Assembly: GCA_049472335.1 (NCBI GenBank)
Contig: JBLIRO010000031.1
Coordinates: 1 to 55,877 of the forward strand
Length of the DNA stretch: 55,877 nt
Direction of reading: 5' to 3'
Source of the DNA: a bacterium
GTDB lineage: Bacteria; SZUA-182; DTGQ01; JAFGSM01
Below the pieces are notes generated by a model. That model saw only the letters and a program-made list of their open reading frames with translations. It ran no database searches and was not told where the DNA came from. The translations under genes were made by a program, and so were the position numbers. The number at the start of each line of letters is the position of its first letter. Within the stretch, counting starts at the first letter, position 1. This document shows, in pieces, positions 1 through 10,123 of the stretch.

Positions 1-374
1 GCTCCCCAATTGTTTTCCCTTCCCATTTGGTAAATCAAGTCTCTGATTTCTTTCTTAGTTATCTTTCGACCATATTTTTTGTTTTTTGAGGATATTATTG
101 TCCAATGCTTTTTAAATCGCCTCTTTTGCCAGTGTATAACAGTTTCTGGCTTTACAATTATCAAAGTATAAGTCCATTTAGACCACGATTTTTTTAATGC
201 AATCCAAAAGGAGCGATCTCGTTCTTTTATTGTTGGCTTTATCTTTTTCGCCCTGTAAGTTGAAAGCTGTTGCCTGAGCGCCAGATTTTCAATAATAAGT
301 TCGTTTTTTGATTTAAAAAATGTTTTAGAAATTTTTATCAGAATGATCAATATCTCGGTTAACACTCGATACAT
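1..374 (-). mobile_element. N-terminal part of an integrase-core (IS481/IS3-like) transposase, running off the window edge
   Basis: Manual translation from ATG at 374 (upstream AAGGAGG): MYRVLTEIL...ENLALRQQL...DRSFW...IVKPETVIHWQKRRF...GRK...EIRDLIYQMGRENNWG. Not in the ORF track because it is open at the edge. Confidence 0.8.
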
Positions 375-1114
375 TGAAAAAATACTCCTCCTTAAATTTT
401 AAAAATGAAGTACTTTTATATCGAGTTTTCTAAAGATTTTCAATAAAATTAGTATCTATATAAGTCGTTGATATTATTTAATGATGACATTTTGACAAGG
501 CAAAAGTCTTTTCCTTTTGAAAATAAATTAAATAAACTAACAGTTTTTCAGAATATTATAAAAAATCTTTACCATAACCTTTTTCTACCGCCCGAAAAAA
601 AATATTTTCCTCCATCTGTAATGATAAGAAAAATTTGGTCTTTCAGAAAGATTAAAAAATATTTATAAAAACTTTTTTCTGTTTCCCAAAAAGCAAAAAT
701 TTTTCCCTATATTAAGAATGATTGACTCGTAAAAAATATTAAATGCCACAAAATTCTCTTTATATTACAAAATTTATAAATTTTAAAATTTAAAATATAT
801 TAGCGATTTTTCTATGTTACAAATTTACTTTTTGCAAGACCATCAGAAATAAAAAAGTATAACTTAATGATTATATATTATCAATAAAAATTCAGTTGCT
901 AATTTTTATAACAGAGATGTCTATTTTTAAAGATAGGATAAGAGCTGAATTCTATTTTAGAATTATCTGTCTTTTGTTTTATGTTGATATGTAAGACAAA
1001 AAAACATTAGATAGAACATGTAATACTGTTAACATCTGCTAATGTATGATCATCATTCTATTTTAATACAGAAAGAGCTTCTGTAATTAAGGGGGCGAAG
1101 CTATCTCTTAAAAG

Positions 1115-1630
1115 TTGCACGAAAAACGAAGTGGTAGCGACCCGCAAACATTCCTTTTGATTTGTTTGGGATTTAAGAAAAGACCAGATGGTCGGAGAAA
1201 ATACCAAGCTTGCACTAATTTAAGAGCAATAGCTCGCCAAATCTTGATTTGGTACCGAATGCGCTGGTCTGTTGAGCTTTTTCACAAAGAGGTTAAATCC
1301 TACCTCGGTTTTTAAGATGTCGCAACGAAAAGTTTTGATTCTGTTTCTTCTCATGTGCATTGGGTATATTGCACATATATACTATTACACCTCTACACCT
1401 CCACTCTCCTTGGATGTCTGGTTGGGGAAAGTCAATTGTTGAAAAACAGGAAAATGAAACAGATTATCTCTATTTAGGAACTATCTCGTGTACGATTGAT
1501 GTTATCACAGTTTGGTGGGGTTGATACATATAAAAAGAACCTTTGTACGGCTCTCGTTAGTGTTTTTGTTCCTAATCCCTTGATTCTCTCAGCTTAAAAG
1601 TACTTGAAGCGATTTTCATGCAATCTTTAA
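1115..1630 (+). pseudogene. C-terminal remnant of a DDE transposase (IS701/IS4-like)
   Basis: KYQACTNL...WYRMRWSVELFHKEVKSYLGF*DVATKSFDSVSSHVHWVYCTYILL. The Y-x-x-R-W-x-x-E-x-x-H-K motif is followed by an in-frame stop. Boundaries are approximate. Confidence 0.7.
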
Positions 1631-1815
1631 GTAAAATAAAATGTTCTTCTTAAAGAATCATTAAACTATAGTGCAAAAAATGCAATAACTTAGCCTTAAT
1701 GAATTTAAGTAAAAGGCAAAATAGAGAAAAAATCCGAGTAAATGTGGATTAAAATTAAAAATGATAGAGGTAAAATAAGTTGAATGTTGAGGGATAGGAG
1801 TTATTAAATTGTCTC

Positions 1816-2040
1816 ATGAGAAGTAAGTTATTTAAAATCCTGAACGAAATGTTCATAGAAACAAACATGATTGATGATGAGACCAGACTGGGAGATGATT
1901 TGGGTATGGATTCTCAAGAAATTGTTGAACTGCAATGCCTTTTAGAAAAAAGTTTGAATAATAAATTTTCCCATAAAAATATCTTAAATGGGAAAATGAC
2001 TATTAAAGAAATTATAAATATTCTAGAATCTAAGTTATAA
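1816..2040 (+). CDS. Acyl carrier protein (type II PKS ACP)
   Basis: 74 aa, LGDDLGMDSQEIVEL phosphopantetheine Ser motif, GGAG upstream, precedes the KS pair. Confidence 0.88.
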   Translation: MRSKLFKILNEMFIETNMIDDETRLGDDLGMDSQEIVELQCLLEKSLNNKFSHKNILNGKMTIKEIINILESKL

Positions 2041-2178
2041 TAGTCATCGCTTAATAAGCCCTCTCAGATAAACCTCTAGTAAGTATGGATTATTACTCCA
2101 AATGAATAATATTTTGCATCGAAGCCCTTCCAAACTATTTATCTTATGATCAAATTAATAGGGAAAATAATCTATTAA

Positions 2179-3462
2179 ATGTTTACATCTAAACCAAGAG
2201 TTGTAATAACCGGCCTTGGGACTGTAAACCCTATTGGAAATAATATCAATGATTTCTGGTCAAATTGTGTTTCCGGCAAGTCTGGTATTAAATACATTAC
2301 TGACTTTAAGCTTCCAGAAAGTATATCCCAAATTTCTGGCATTGCAAATAAATTTAAATTTAATAAACATGATTTTGAGTACAATAATGAACAATTAGAT
2401 CGAAGTTTAGAGTTTAGTCTAACAGCAACCAAAGAGGCATTGGAAGACTCTAATTTAATAAATAATAATTTTAAAAAAAATGATTGGAAAATATGTCTTG
2501 CTACAGCCATTTCACAAATCCAGAGCATGGTAAATAGTTTTGCAAAGCAAAGCCAATGTGGAAAAATCCCAATTAAGATGGCCAATCATCCCATTGAACC
2601 CAAGGAAAAGCGGAAATATAATAGATTCTTATTTAATTCAATCAGCGATCAAATTGCTTCAGAATATGGTATAACCGGCGGTAGTGCAACAATTGCCACA
2701 GGCTGCACAGGGGGATTAGACTCTATAATTTATTCGACCCACTTAATACGTAATAAGAAAGCATCAGTTGTTATAGCTGGTGCAACAGAAGTACCCATTA
2801 CACCATTAGTTCTCTCTGCCTTTAGCAAAATAGGTGCTGTTTCCAAAAGAGATGTAAATCCATATAAAGCCAGTTGTCCATTTGATGTAAAGAGAGATGG
2901 TTTTGTCTTAGCTGAAGGATGCGGTATTATCATACTTGAAGATCTATCCCATTCATTAAAAAGAAATGCGTTTATATATGGAGAAGTCGCTGGTGTAGCA
3001 AGCGTTAATAGTTGCTTCCATATGACTAATATCCCGGAAAATGGTCAGCCAATAGCCGAGGCTATAAGACTTGCAATTCAAGATAGTCAAACAATATCAG
3101 AAAATGATATTGACTATATCAATGTTCATGGTTCTTCGACTTTACAGAATGATATTGCAGAGTCAAATGCCCTGAATAGTATATTCAAACATCGTATCAA
3201 GAAAATTCCTGTCTCTGCGAACAAATCAACAATAGGACATGCACTCTCAGCTGCAAACATTATTGAAATCATCTCATGCTCCCTTACTTTAAGAGACAAT
3301 ATTATACCTCCAACCATAAACTTAGAGGTACAGGATAAGAGATGTAAATTAAATGTGTTAGCTAATTCTCCCAAAAAACAAAATGTTAATTGTATACTAA
3401 AAATTGGTAGTGGTTTTTCAGGATTGCACTCTAGCATGATACTCAAAAGATATAAAAAATAA
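2179..3462 (+). CDS. Type II PKS ketosynthase alpha
   Basis: RVVITGLG; catalytic ATGCTGGLD; ASCPFDVKRDGFVLAEG; YINVHGSST; KSTIGHALSAA; terminal GSGFSGLHS. Confidence 0.92.
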   Translation: MFTSKPRVVITGLGTVNPIGNNINDFWSNCVSGKSGIKYITDFKLPESISQISGIANKFKFNKHDFEYNNEQLDRSLEFSLTATKEALEDSNLINNNFKKNDWKICLATAISQIQSMVNSFAKQSQCGKIPIKMANHPIEPKEKRKYNRFLFNSISDQIASEYGITGGSATIATGCTGGLDSIIYSTHLIRNKKASVVIAGATEVPITPLVLSAFSKIGAVSKRDVNPYKASCPFDVKRDGFVLAEGCGIIILEDLSHSLKRNAFIYGEVAGVASVNSCFHMTNIPENGQPIAEAIRLAIQDSQTISENDIDYINVHGSSTLQNDIAESNALNSIFKHRIKKIPVSANKSTIGHALSAANIIEIISCSLTLRDNIIPPTINLEVQDKRCKLNVLANSPKKQNVNCILKIGSGFSGLHSSMILKRYKK

Positions 3463-3464
3463 CT

Positions 3465-4646
3465 ATGAAATATAAAATCAATTATGACCAAATTGTTATT
3501 ACCGGATTGGGAGCAGTGACACCTTTAGGATGTGATCATGAGAAACATTGGTGTGCCCTCAAAGAGAATAAATTTGGAATTGTGGAAGCCCATTTGTTTG
3601 AAGATGGTAATTCCACTCAAAAAGTTGGATTAATTGAAAATGATCTAACATCAAAAATCTGCCAACGCCTGGTTCGAAAAATTGATAGATTTACTATCTT
3701 ATCAATTATTGCTGCAAAAGAAGCATTAGAAACATCACGGTTTCCTATTAAAAACGAAAATAACCATAAAATTGGTATCATCATTGGCAATTCATTGGGA
3801 GGGTGGGGATATGTGGAACATCAAATGTATCAACTTTGCCAAGGTGACCCTGAGGTAATCAATCCGTATGTGGCCACAGCATGGTTCCCAACAGCTCCTC
3901 AGGGCGAAATTTCAATTTTATATAAACTCAAAGGGCATAGTAAAACCTTTTCTGCTGGTGAAAACAGTGGTGCTGTGGCTATCGATTATGCTATATATTT
4001 GATTCAAAATAATTATTTAGATGCTGCTTTGGTTGGCGGTGTTGAAGCTCCGCTCACCCCCCTTGTCTATAATTCATTTATTCAATCAGGGTGCATTTCT
4101 CCATCTAATAGATATCTTCCTTTTCAAGTTGAAGCGGATGGATTTATTCTGGGTGAAGGTGCAGGTTTTATATTTATTGAGAAATTATCATCAGCAGAAA
4201 AGAGAAATGCATCTATTTATGCCAAAATAGAGAGTATTGCTCAAGGTTTTTCATTGGAAAAATCAATGGGCTTTTGTTTGCAAGACACAGAATTAAAAAA
4301 TATTGACTATGTTATTTTAGATGGCTCCGGCTTTATTAATGATGATCAAGATGAATATAGAGCCATTGAAACAGTATTTAAAGATCATCATGACCTATAT
4401 ATGAGTGTCCCTAGATCAAACTTCGGCAATCTTTACAGTGGAAGAGGTATAGTTAATATTATAACTGCATGTGGTTGTTTTAATAAATCATTTATCCCAT
4501 CAACCCATACTGACAATTCTCAATGTCTTCATCCTAAAATAGGAAAGCATATATTTGGCCATCCAATTTCTGCAGACATACAAAATATTTTAATCAATTG
4601 CAAAGGCAATAATGAGCAATGCAGTACTATTCTTATCAGTAAATAA
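3465..4646 (+). CDS. Type II PKS chain-length factor (KS-beta)
   Basis: KS fold (IVITGLGAVTPLG; GFILGEG). YVATAWFPTAPQGEISI resembles the CLF motif SxAWFYAxNxGQISI. Catalytic Cys replaced (AGENSG) and His residues absent. Starts 2 nt after KS-alpha. Confidence 0.85.
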   Translation: MKYKINYDQIVITGLGAVTPLGCDHEKHWCALKENKFGIVEAHLFEDGNSTQKVGLIENDLTSKICQRLVRKIDRFTILSIIAAKEALETSRFPIKNENNHKIGIIIGNSLGGWGYVEHQMYQLCQGDPEVINPYVATAWFPTAPQGEISILYKLKGHSKTFSAGENSGAVAIDYAIYLIQNNYLDAALVGGVEAPLTPLVYNSFIQSGCISPSNRYLPFQVEADGFILGEGAGFIFIEKLSSAEKRNASIYAKIESIAQGFSLEKSMGFCLQDTELKNIDYVILDGSGFINDDQDEYRAIETVFKDHHDLYMSVPRSNFGNLYSGRGIVNIITACGCFNKSFIPSTHTDNSQCLHPKIGKHIFGHPISADIQNILINCKGNNEQCSTILISK

Positions 4647-4695
4647 TAACGTAGAAAGCATTGACCTTTTAATCAGGCTCAATAAAGATTGATAA

Positions 4696-5709
4696 ATGAG
4701 AACTCAACTAAAAGTATCAGTTATTATACCAGTTTATAATATGGAAAAAACACTTGGCCTAACCATCAAATCCATATTAAAGAGTAATTATAAAAATATA
4801 GAAATAGTTATTGTTGATGATTGCTCAGATGATGATTCAGTTAAAATAGCCAAGAGCTTCTCCTGTAGGGTTGTTCAACTTAAGAAGCGAATAGGTGCAG
4901 GACCGGCTAGGAACAAAGGAGCTGAAATAGCAGATGGAAAGATCTTGCTTTTTATCGATGCAGATGTTTTTTTATTAAAAAATACCATAGATGAAGCTAT
5001 AAAGAGTCTCACTGATCACCCAGAATATTCTGCTGTTGTCGGAGACTATGCAGAATCTACAGTACCAAAAAATTTTTTATCCATATATAAAAACCTTTTT
5101 CATAACTATTATCATCAAACCTCTAATAAATTAACATCAACCTTCTTCACGGCATGCAGTGCAGTGAGAAAGGATGTATTTGATAAAATCGGTGGTTTTG
5201 AGGATCGAAAAGGGGCCAAAGTTGAAGATATTGAATTAGGATATAAGATGTTTAAGGAAAAACATCTTATTTTTCTAAATAGTAATATGCAAGTCGTTCA
5301 TTGTAAAAAATATACATTTTTAAACCTCATAAAGTCAGATTTATTTTATAGGGCTATACCATGGACTAAACTTATATGTAAATCTAAAATGTTTAATAAT
5401 GATCTTAACACAAGATATGAGAGTATATTGAGTGTAATTTTAGTATATCTGTTGATTTTTTGCCTATTATTTGGGGTATTTCTGAGTTGGAAATCTATGG
5501 CCCTTTTATTTTGTGTACTTGTGTTTTTATCTTTTTTTTTAATAAACATCAATATTTTTAAATTCTTTTTAAAACGAACTGACATTATTTTTAGCATTCG
5601 ATCATTTTTTATGCTAATGATATATTATTTTTATTGTGGTATTGGCTTTTTAATTGGGACTTCCTCATATTTAATCGATAAATTAAAAATCAAGTCTGAA
5701 TACACATAA
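4696..5709 (+). CDS. GT2 family glycosyltransferase with C-terminal membrane helices
   Basis: VSVIIPVYN, VDDCSDD, GPARNKG, FIDAD, GGF...VEDIELG, hydrophobic C-terminus. Confidence 0.9.
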   Translation: MRTQLKVSVIIPVYNMEKTLGLTIKSILKSNYKNIEIVIVDDCSDDDSVKIAKSFSCRVVQLKKRIGAGPARNKGAEIADGKILLFIDADVFLLKNTIDEAIKSLTDHPEYSAVVGDYAESTVPKNFLSIYKNLFHNYYHQTSNKLTSTFFTACSAVRKDVFDKIGGFEDRKGAKVEDIELGYKMFKEKHLIFLNSNMQVVHCKKYTFLNLIKSDLFYRAIPWTKLICKSKMFNNDLNTRYESILSVILVYLLIFCLLFGVFLSWKSMALLFCVLVFLSFFLININIFKFFLKRTDIIFSIRSFFMLMIYYFYCGIGFLIGTSSYLIDKLKIKSEYT

Positions 5710-5834
5710 ATAAACCTATACAGCATTCATATTTACATATTATTTTATCCTTAAATATTGGAATATCTGCATTTCTAATTTAATTCTTTATTAAGTCTAT
5801 ATAATTTACTCATTATTGTGGAGGAGTAAATTTT

Positions 5835-7610
5835 ATGTCCACACTTCCCTTATTTATCAAAAAAATTAATGTGGCCACTTTCATAAAATCGCATAAATTT
5901 ATTTTAATCTTATTGCCTTTAGCAATTTTTTTGCTTTTTACTAATCTCGGTAGGCATTATGTATACATTGATGAGGCCAATACTGCTTTTCTTGCAAAAA
6001 ATATCCTAGAGTATGGATACCCTAGAATCGCAGATGACAAGAATATCCTTCCACCATTTCATGATGGATCATTTACTAAGCATCTTGCTTGGGTTGAACA
6101 ACCATGGTTACAATACTATTTAGCTGCTGCATCAATTGCTGTTTTTGGTCAGAATTCATTTGCCCCACGTTTTCCATTTGCTCTTCTTGGTTTACTTAGT
6201 ATCATTTTACTCTATAAACTTGTTTTATATTTGTATCCAGGCAATAAATTACTGGCTAACCTCACTATTTTAGTTTATCTCCTGTCAATACCATTTCTGT
6301 TAATGGCCCGAAACTGTCGGTATTATTCATTGGTTCTAATTTTTGTTCCACTCTTAATGCTTATGTTTTTGAGATGGATGGATAGCTTTTTACTTAAAGA
6401 TAACTTATTATACATTATAACCTCAATATTGTTATTTCATAGTTTTTATCCATTCTGGTTTTCTTTTACCTTCGTTTCATTTCTATATTTTTTTATTTTT
6501 AATTTTAGGAAAAATAAGGTATGGGTTTTCATTTCATCTCATATTATCATTGCTCTATTTACTTTACCCTGGATGGTATATGTGCATTCCACACCACCTA
6601 TTGGTGCCAAACCGGATATCACTAATGTTACAAATTTATTTGCCATATATTTCTGGAAATTACATACTTACTTTTTTCCATTTATTGTTTTGCTGGCAAT
6701 TTACTTCATTTTGTATGTACTAAGCAAATTAAAGATTTTTGAAAGGCAGCATGATAATATAAAAATGTTTTTTAGAAAAGAAACATTTTTGTTCATGAGT
6801 TTTGTAATTTATATGCTCATGATATCATTAATGAACTTGTCGGCATCACAATACCTAGTCCCTTTTCTTCCTATTGTATCATTATTAATTGGAATAATTT
6901 TGTTGAAAATTAAAAATTTCAGTCATTGGATTTTTATGGCCATCATCATAATATTTCTATTAACAAATATTATACATATCTCACCATATATTTTCATTGA
7001 AAAACTCAATCAAAATCCAAATAAATTAAATAAGTACATTAAGACTCCACAAAGTATTATTTTTCTGGGCAATAGTCCCACTTTAGAATTTTACCTTTAT
7101 GAACAAGCAGAGATTCGCTTCTATCTATTTGATTTCTTATATGAACTCACACATGAATATCAAACCAGATTAGATGGAATAATAGACTATCTTATTAAAC
7201 ATAGTAAAAAAGATCAGACCATATTCACTTGGTTTGGGGAGGCCGGCGCGTTAATGTACCATACTGAAATGAAGGTATTATACCCTCCTTTTCCATTTGT
7301 GCAGACTAAAAAAGTTAAAGATTTAATAACTCATAATACAGATACGATCGACTGGGTTATTCCTAATGGAATGTTTTTACCAAAAGAAATGGCTGCCATA
7401 AAACCTGATCTAATTTATGGCTCAATAGATACCACTGACTACTATCCATATAATCCGAGTGATTATGATAAAATTCCATTACAATATCCCAATGTATATT
7501 ATGATGTATCACCCAATATTGAGGCCCATCATTTTAGGACGCTAAAAAATGCTCCCTATTTCCATATCTTAAAAAGAAGGGAAAGTGGCATTGAAGATAA
7601 AAATAAATAG
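5835..7610 (+). CDS. ArnT/PMT-like (GT-C) polyprenyl-phosphate-sugar-dependent membrane glycosyltransferase
   Basis: Polytopic membrane protein; YIDEA acidic motif after TM1; EQPWLQYYL; FAPRFPFAL; ARNCRYYSL; GGAGG RBS. Confidence 0.8.
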   Translation: MSTLPLFIKKINVATFIKSHKFILILLPLAIFLLFTNLGRHYVYIDEANTAFLAKNILEYGYPRIADDKNILPPFHDGSFTKHLAWVEQPWLQYYLAAASIAVFGQNSFAPRFPFALLGLLSIILLYKLVLYLYPGNKLLANLTILVYLLSIPFLLMARNCRYYSLVLIFVPLLMLMFLRWMDSFLLKDNLLYIITSILLFHSFYPFWFSFTFVSFLYFFIFNFRKNKVWVFISSHIIIALFTLPWMVYVHSTPPIGAKPDITNVTNLFAIYFWKLHTYFFPFIVLLAIYFILYVLSKLKIFERQHDNIKMFFRKETFLFMSFVIYMLMISLMNLSASQYLVPFLPIVSLLIGIILLKIKNFSHWIFMAIIIIFLLTNIIHISPYIFIEKLNQNPNKLNKYIKTPQSIIFLGNSPTLEFYLYEQAEIRFYLFDFLYELTHEYQTRLDGIIDYLIKHSKKDQTIFTWFGEAGALMYHTEMKVLYPPFPFVQTKKVKDLITHNTDTIDWVIPNGMFLPKEMAAIKPDLIYGSIDTTDYYPYNPSDYDKIPLQYPNVYYDVSPNIEAHHFRTLKNAPYFHILKRRESGIEDKNK

Positions 7611-8202
7611 ATTGGCAGAAATATGTTTTTCCTTGATTTTAATATCAGGAATATTTCTAGTATGGTCTTATTATCCTATAATTAAGATTTCATCAAAAAC
7701 TGCAGCTAAGGTGATCGTTAATGATCAAAATAAGTTGATATGGCAAAATGGTCTTGGTTTATCAATAGCATGTCATTATATTAAAGAAAAAGAGATATTT
7801 AATAAATATCCGGTTATACTTTCTTCAGATTTAATCCATGACTTAATGCAAAAGTACAGCTTATTTCTGATTGAAATGACATTACATCCCAAAAAGGAAA
7901 TTCTACAGATTGATTTGCGTGCACATTTAACAGCATATATAAAAGATGATAAAAATAAAGAGATCTATCCTAAAAACATTGAAGCGGCTAATTTTTATAA
8001 CGACCCTGTTCTTGAGAGTCTATTGATAGATACGTTTGAAAGTACAATTAATAATAATGCACCACTAGGTACAGTAAATAGGATTGCCTATGGGCTATTA
8101 TTATTTGATAAAAATGAATACAAATCATCGAGGTTTGATCTGCATTTGCCTCAAATATTTAATAGTGAAAGTAATGTAGGTGCTTGCAAGTTTTCATATT
8201 AA
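7585..8202 (+). CDS. Hypothetical protein with N-terminal membrane anchor
   Basis: 205 aa ORF overlapping the GT-C stop, one hydrophobic N-terminal segment. Confidence 0.6.
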   Translation: MALKIKINRLAEICFSLILISGIFLVWSYYPIIKISSKTAAKVIVNDQNKLIWQNGLGLSIACHYIKEKEIFNKYPVILSSDLIHDLMQKYSLFLIEMTLHPKKEILQIDLRAHLTAYIKDDKNKEIYPKNIEAANFYNDPVLESLLIDTFESTINNNAPLGTVNRIAYGLLLFDKNEYKSSRFDLHLPQIFNSESNVGACKFSY

Positions 8203-8234
8203 AATATACCGTGAGATATAAAAGAGTAATTTCA

Positions 8235-8903
8235 ATGAAAAAAAGTAGTTACCAGATTATTATGCAATGGACCCTCTCATTTCTCCATAGATCATCCTCT
8301 CCCTATGAGATCAACATCTTGGGGAAAAAATTAACTGTAAATCCAGGGGTCTATTCACCTAAGTTATTTAATTTAATTGATACCCCAACCTGTCAATTTC
8401 TAGCTGCCAACTTAATGGTTAATCAAAATGATGAGGTACTGGATCTAGGCACGGGGACAGGTATTCAAGCAATTTTTGCCGCTGACAAAGCAAAATCAGT
8501 TATAGGTACTGACATTAATAAAAACTCCATAGCTTGTGCCAAGGAAAATGCAAAGAAAAACAATGTGAAAAATATAGAATTTATTGAAGGTGATTTATTT
8601 GAACCAGTTAAAGGGAAAAAATTTGATTTAATAATTTGGAGCCCGCCAACTTGGCCTGGTAAACCAAAGAACCACTTAGAATCATCATGGCTTTGTGGCA
8701 ATGGCGAGTTAATTACAAGGTTTTTCAAAAATGCTGCTAATTATCTTAAAGACTCAGGCAGAATTCAATTCTGTATTAACTATAATCATGATTATTTTAT
8801 AAATGAAGCTAATAAAAATGGTTTAAATATTCAAAAATTTAAGCATAATAAAAGAATATTACGCAATTCAAGCACCATTTACTTTTGCACAAAAAGGAAA
8901 TAA
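8235..8903 (+). CDS. Class I SAM-dependent methyltransferase (HemK/PrmC-like)
   Basis: VLDLGTGTG, GTDIN, GDLFEPV, FDLIIWSPP (variant of NPPY). Start is probably ATG 8235; the ORF track extends to 8184. Confidence 0.85.
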   Translation: MKKSSYQIIMQWTLSFLHRSSSPYEINILGKKLTVNPGVYSPKLFNLIDTPTCQFLAANLMVNQNDEVLDLGTGTGIQAIFAADKAKSVIGTDINKNSIACAKENAKKNNVKNIEFIEGDLFEPVKGKKFDLIIWSPPTWPGKPKNHLESSWLCGNGELITRFFKNAANYLKDSGRIQFCINYNHDYFINEANKNGLNIQKFKHNKRILRNSSTIYFCTKRK

Positions 8904-8909
8904 ATAGCT

Positions 8910-9953
8910 ATGATGGTTAATAAATCAGTTTCACTTAATCATTTTCATAATAGATTTTCCCTTATAAAAAGCTATATTAAAAAGGATCCAATTGTTAAAG
9001 GTTTTCCAGTCTCATTGGAAGTCGAAGTTACCAATAAGTGTAACCTTAGATGTATGACTTGCCCAAGAGATTTTATGACTCGTAAGAAAGGCTTTATGTC
9101 ATTTTCACTATTTAAAAAAATAATTAAGGAATCAGAAAAATACTTGGAAACGGTTTTACTTTTCCATTGTGGCGAGCCACTACTCCATCCCCAAATTGGT
9201 GATATGATTGGATACGCTAAAGAAAAAGGTATTAAAACTATTTTATTTACCAATGTTACTCTCCTCTCAGAGGATAAAGCACATGAGCTACTGAAAAATC
9301 AACTTGATATGTTGGTCATGTCCTTTGATGGTGGTGATAAATCATCTTTTGAAGACCTTCGAAAAGGAGCTCAGTTTGAAAGTGTGATACATAATATGGT
9401 GAATGTGCTTAGGATGAAAAAACAATATAAATCTAAGATGTATACCCAAATCCACTTTGTTTTATCAAAAAAAACCAGGAAACATATTAAAAAATTTTTC
9501 AAAATTATAAAACCTCTTGGTGTTAATAGCATCAGAATAAAACCATTTTTTAATACTGGCAATATTGGAAGCACAATTGGAGAAAAAGTTGAAACTAACA
9601 GCCGTAACACCCGTCCATGTTTAATGCTATGGCGAGAACCAGTGATTTGTTGGGATGGCACTATGTTACCCTGCTGTGTTGATCTTATTGGTCAAAAACC
9701 GCTGGGAAACATAAAAAATCATACAATTCATGAAGTTTGGAATGGAAAAGAGATGGTCAACTTAAGAGAAAAATTCATTAAAAAAAAAGTTGATCAGGAA
9801 CCACTTTGCAGAAATTGCAATGCTTTTGATATTCATCCCATGTTTTCCTTTGGGTCAATATTTATTGATGATTTTAATATCCGAAAATTATATTCAATCT
9901 TTGAGAAAATGGGTTCTTTGAAACTTGTTAACTTCTATATGATAAATTACTAA
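8910..9953 (+). CDS. Radical SAM protein with SPASM/twitch domain
   Basis: CNLRCMTC; GEPLLHP; PC...WDGTMLPCC...CRNC. Confidence 0.9.
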   Translation: MMVNKSVSLNHFHNRFSLIKSYIKKDPIVKGFPVSLEVEVTNKCNLRCMTCPRDFMTRKKGFMSFSLFKKIIKESEKYLETVLLFHCGEPLLHPQIGDMIGYAKEKGIKTILFTNVTLLSEDKAHELLKNQLDMLVMSFDGGDKSSFEDLRKGAQFESVIHNMVNVLRMKKQYKSKMYTQIHFVLSKKTRKHIKKFFKIIKPLGVNSIRIKPFFNTGNIGSTIGEKVETNSRNTRPCLMLWREPVICWDGTMLPCCVDLIGQKPLGNIKNHTIHEVWNGKEMVNLREKFIKKKVDQEPLCRNCNAFDIHPMFSFGSIFIDDFNIRKLYSIFEKMGSLKLVNFYMINY

Positions 9954-10123
9954 ATGCAGTTGATTATGAAAACACCCGATCCATATAGATCGGCTCTCAA
10001 TTGTACTGTATACACTATTGTTAGTTGCTCCCTTCATTTAATACTATTCAATTACCCCAAAGACTTTTAAGTTTCCATTTATCGATTTTAAGAACTATCA
10101 AACCAGTAAAAGAGAAATTTAGT

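Noticed and set aside
468..1075. 66-aa ORF and AT-rich palindromes upstream of the cluster
   Set aside because: Low-complexity AT-rich sequence; no RBS or motif, and palindromes are expected by chance
2179..4646. KS pair as housekeeping FabF/FabB or aryl-polyene synthase
   Set aside because: The second KS lacks the catalytic Cys/His, no FabG/FabZ-like genes are present, and aromatase/cyclases are in the cluster
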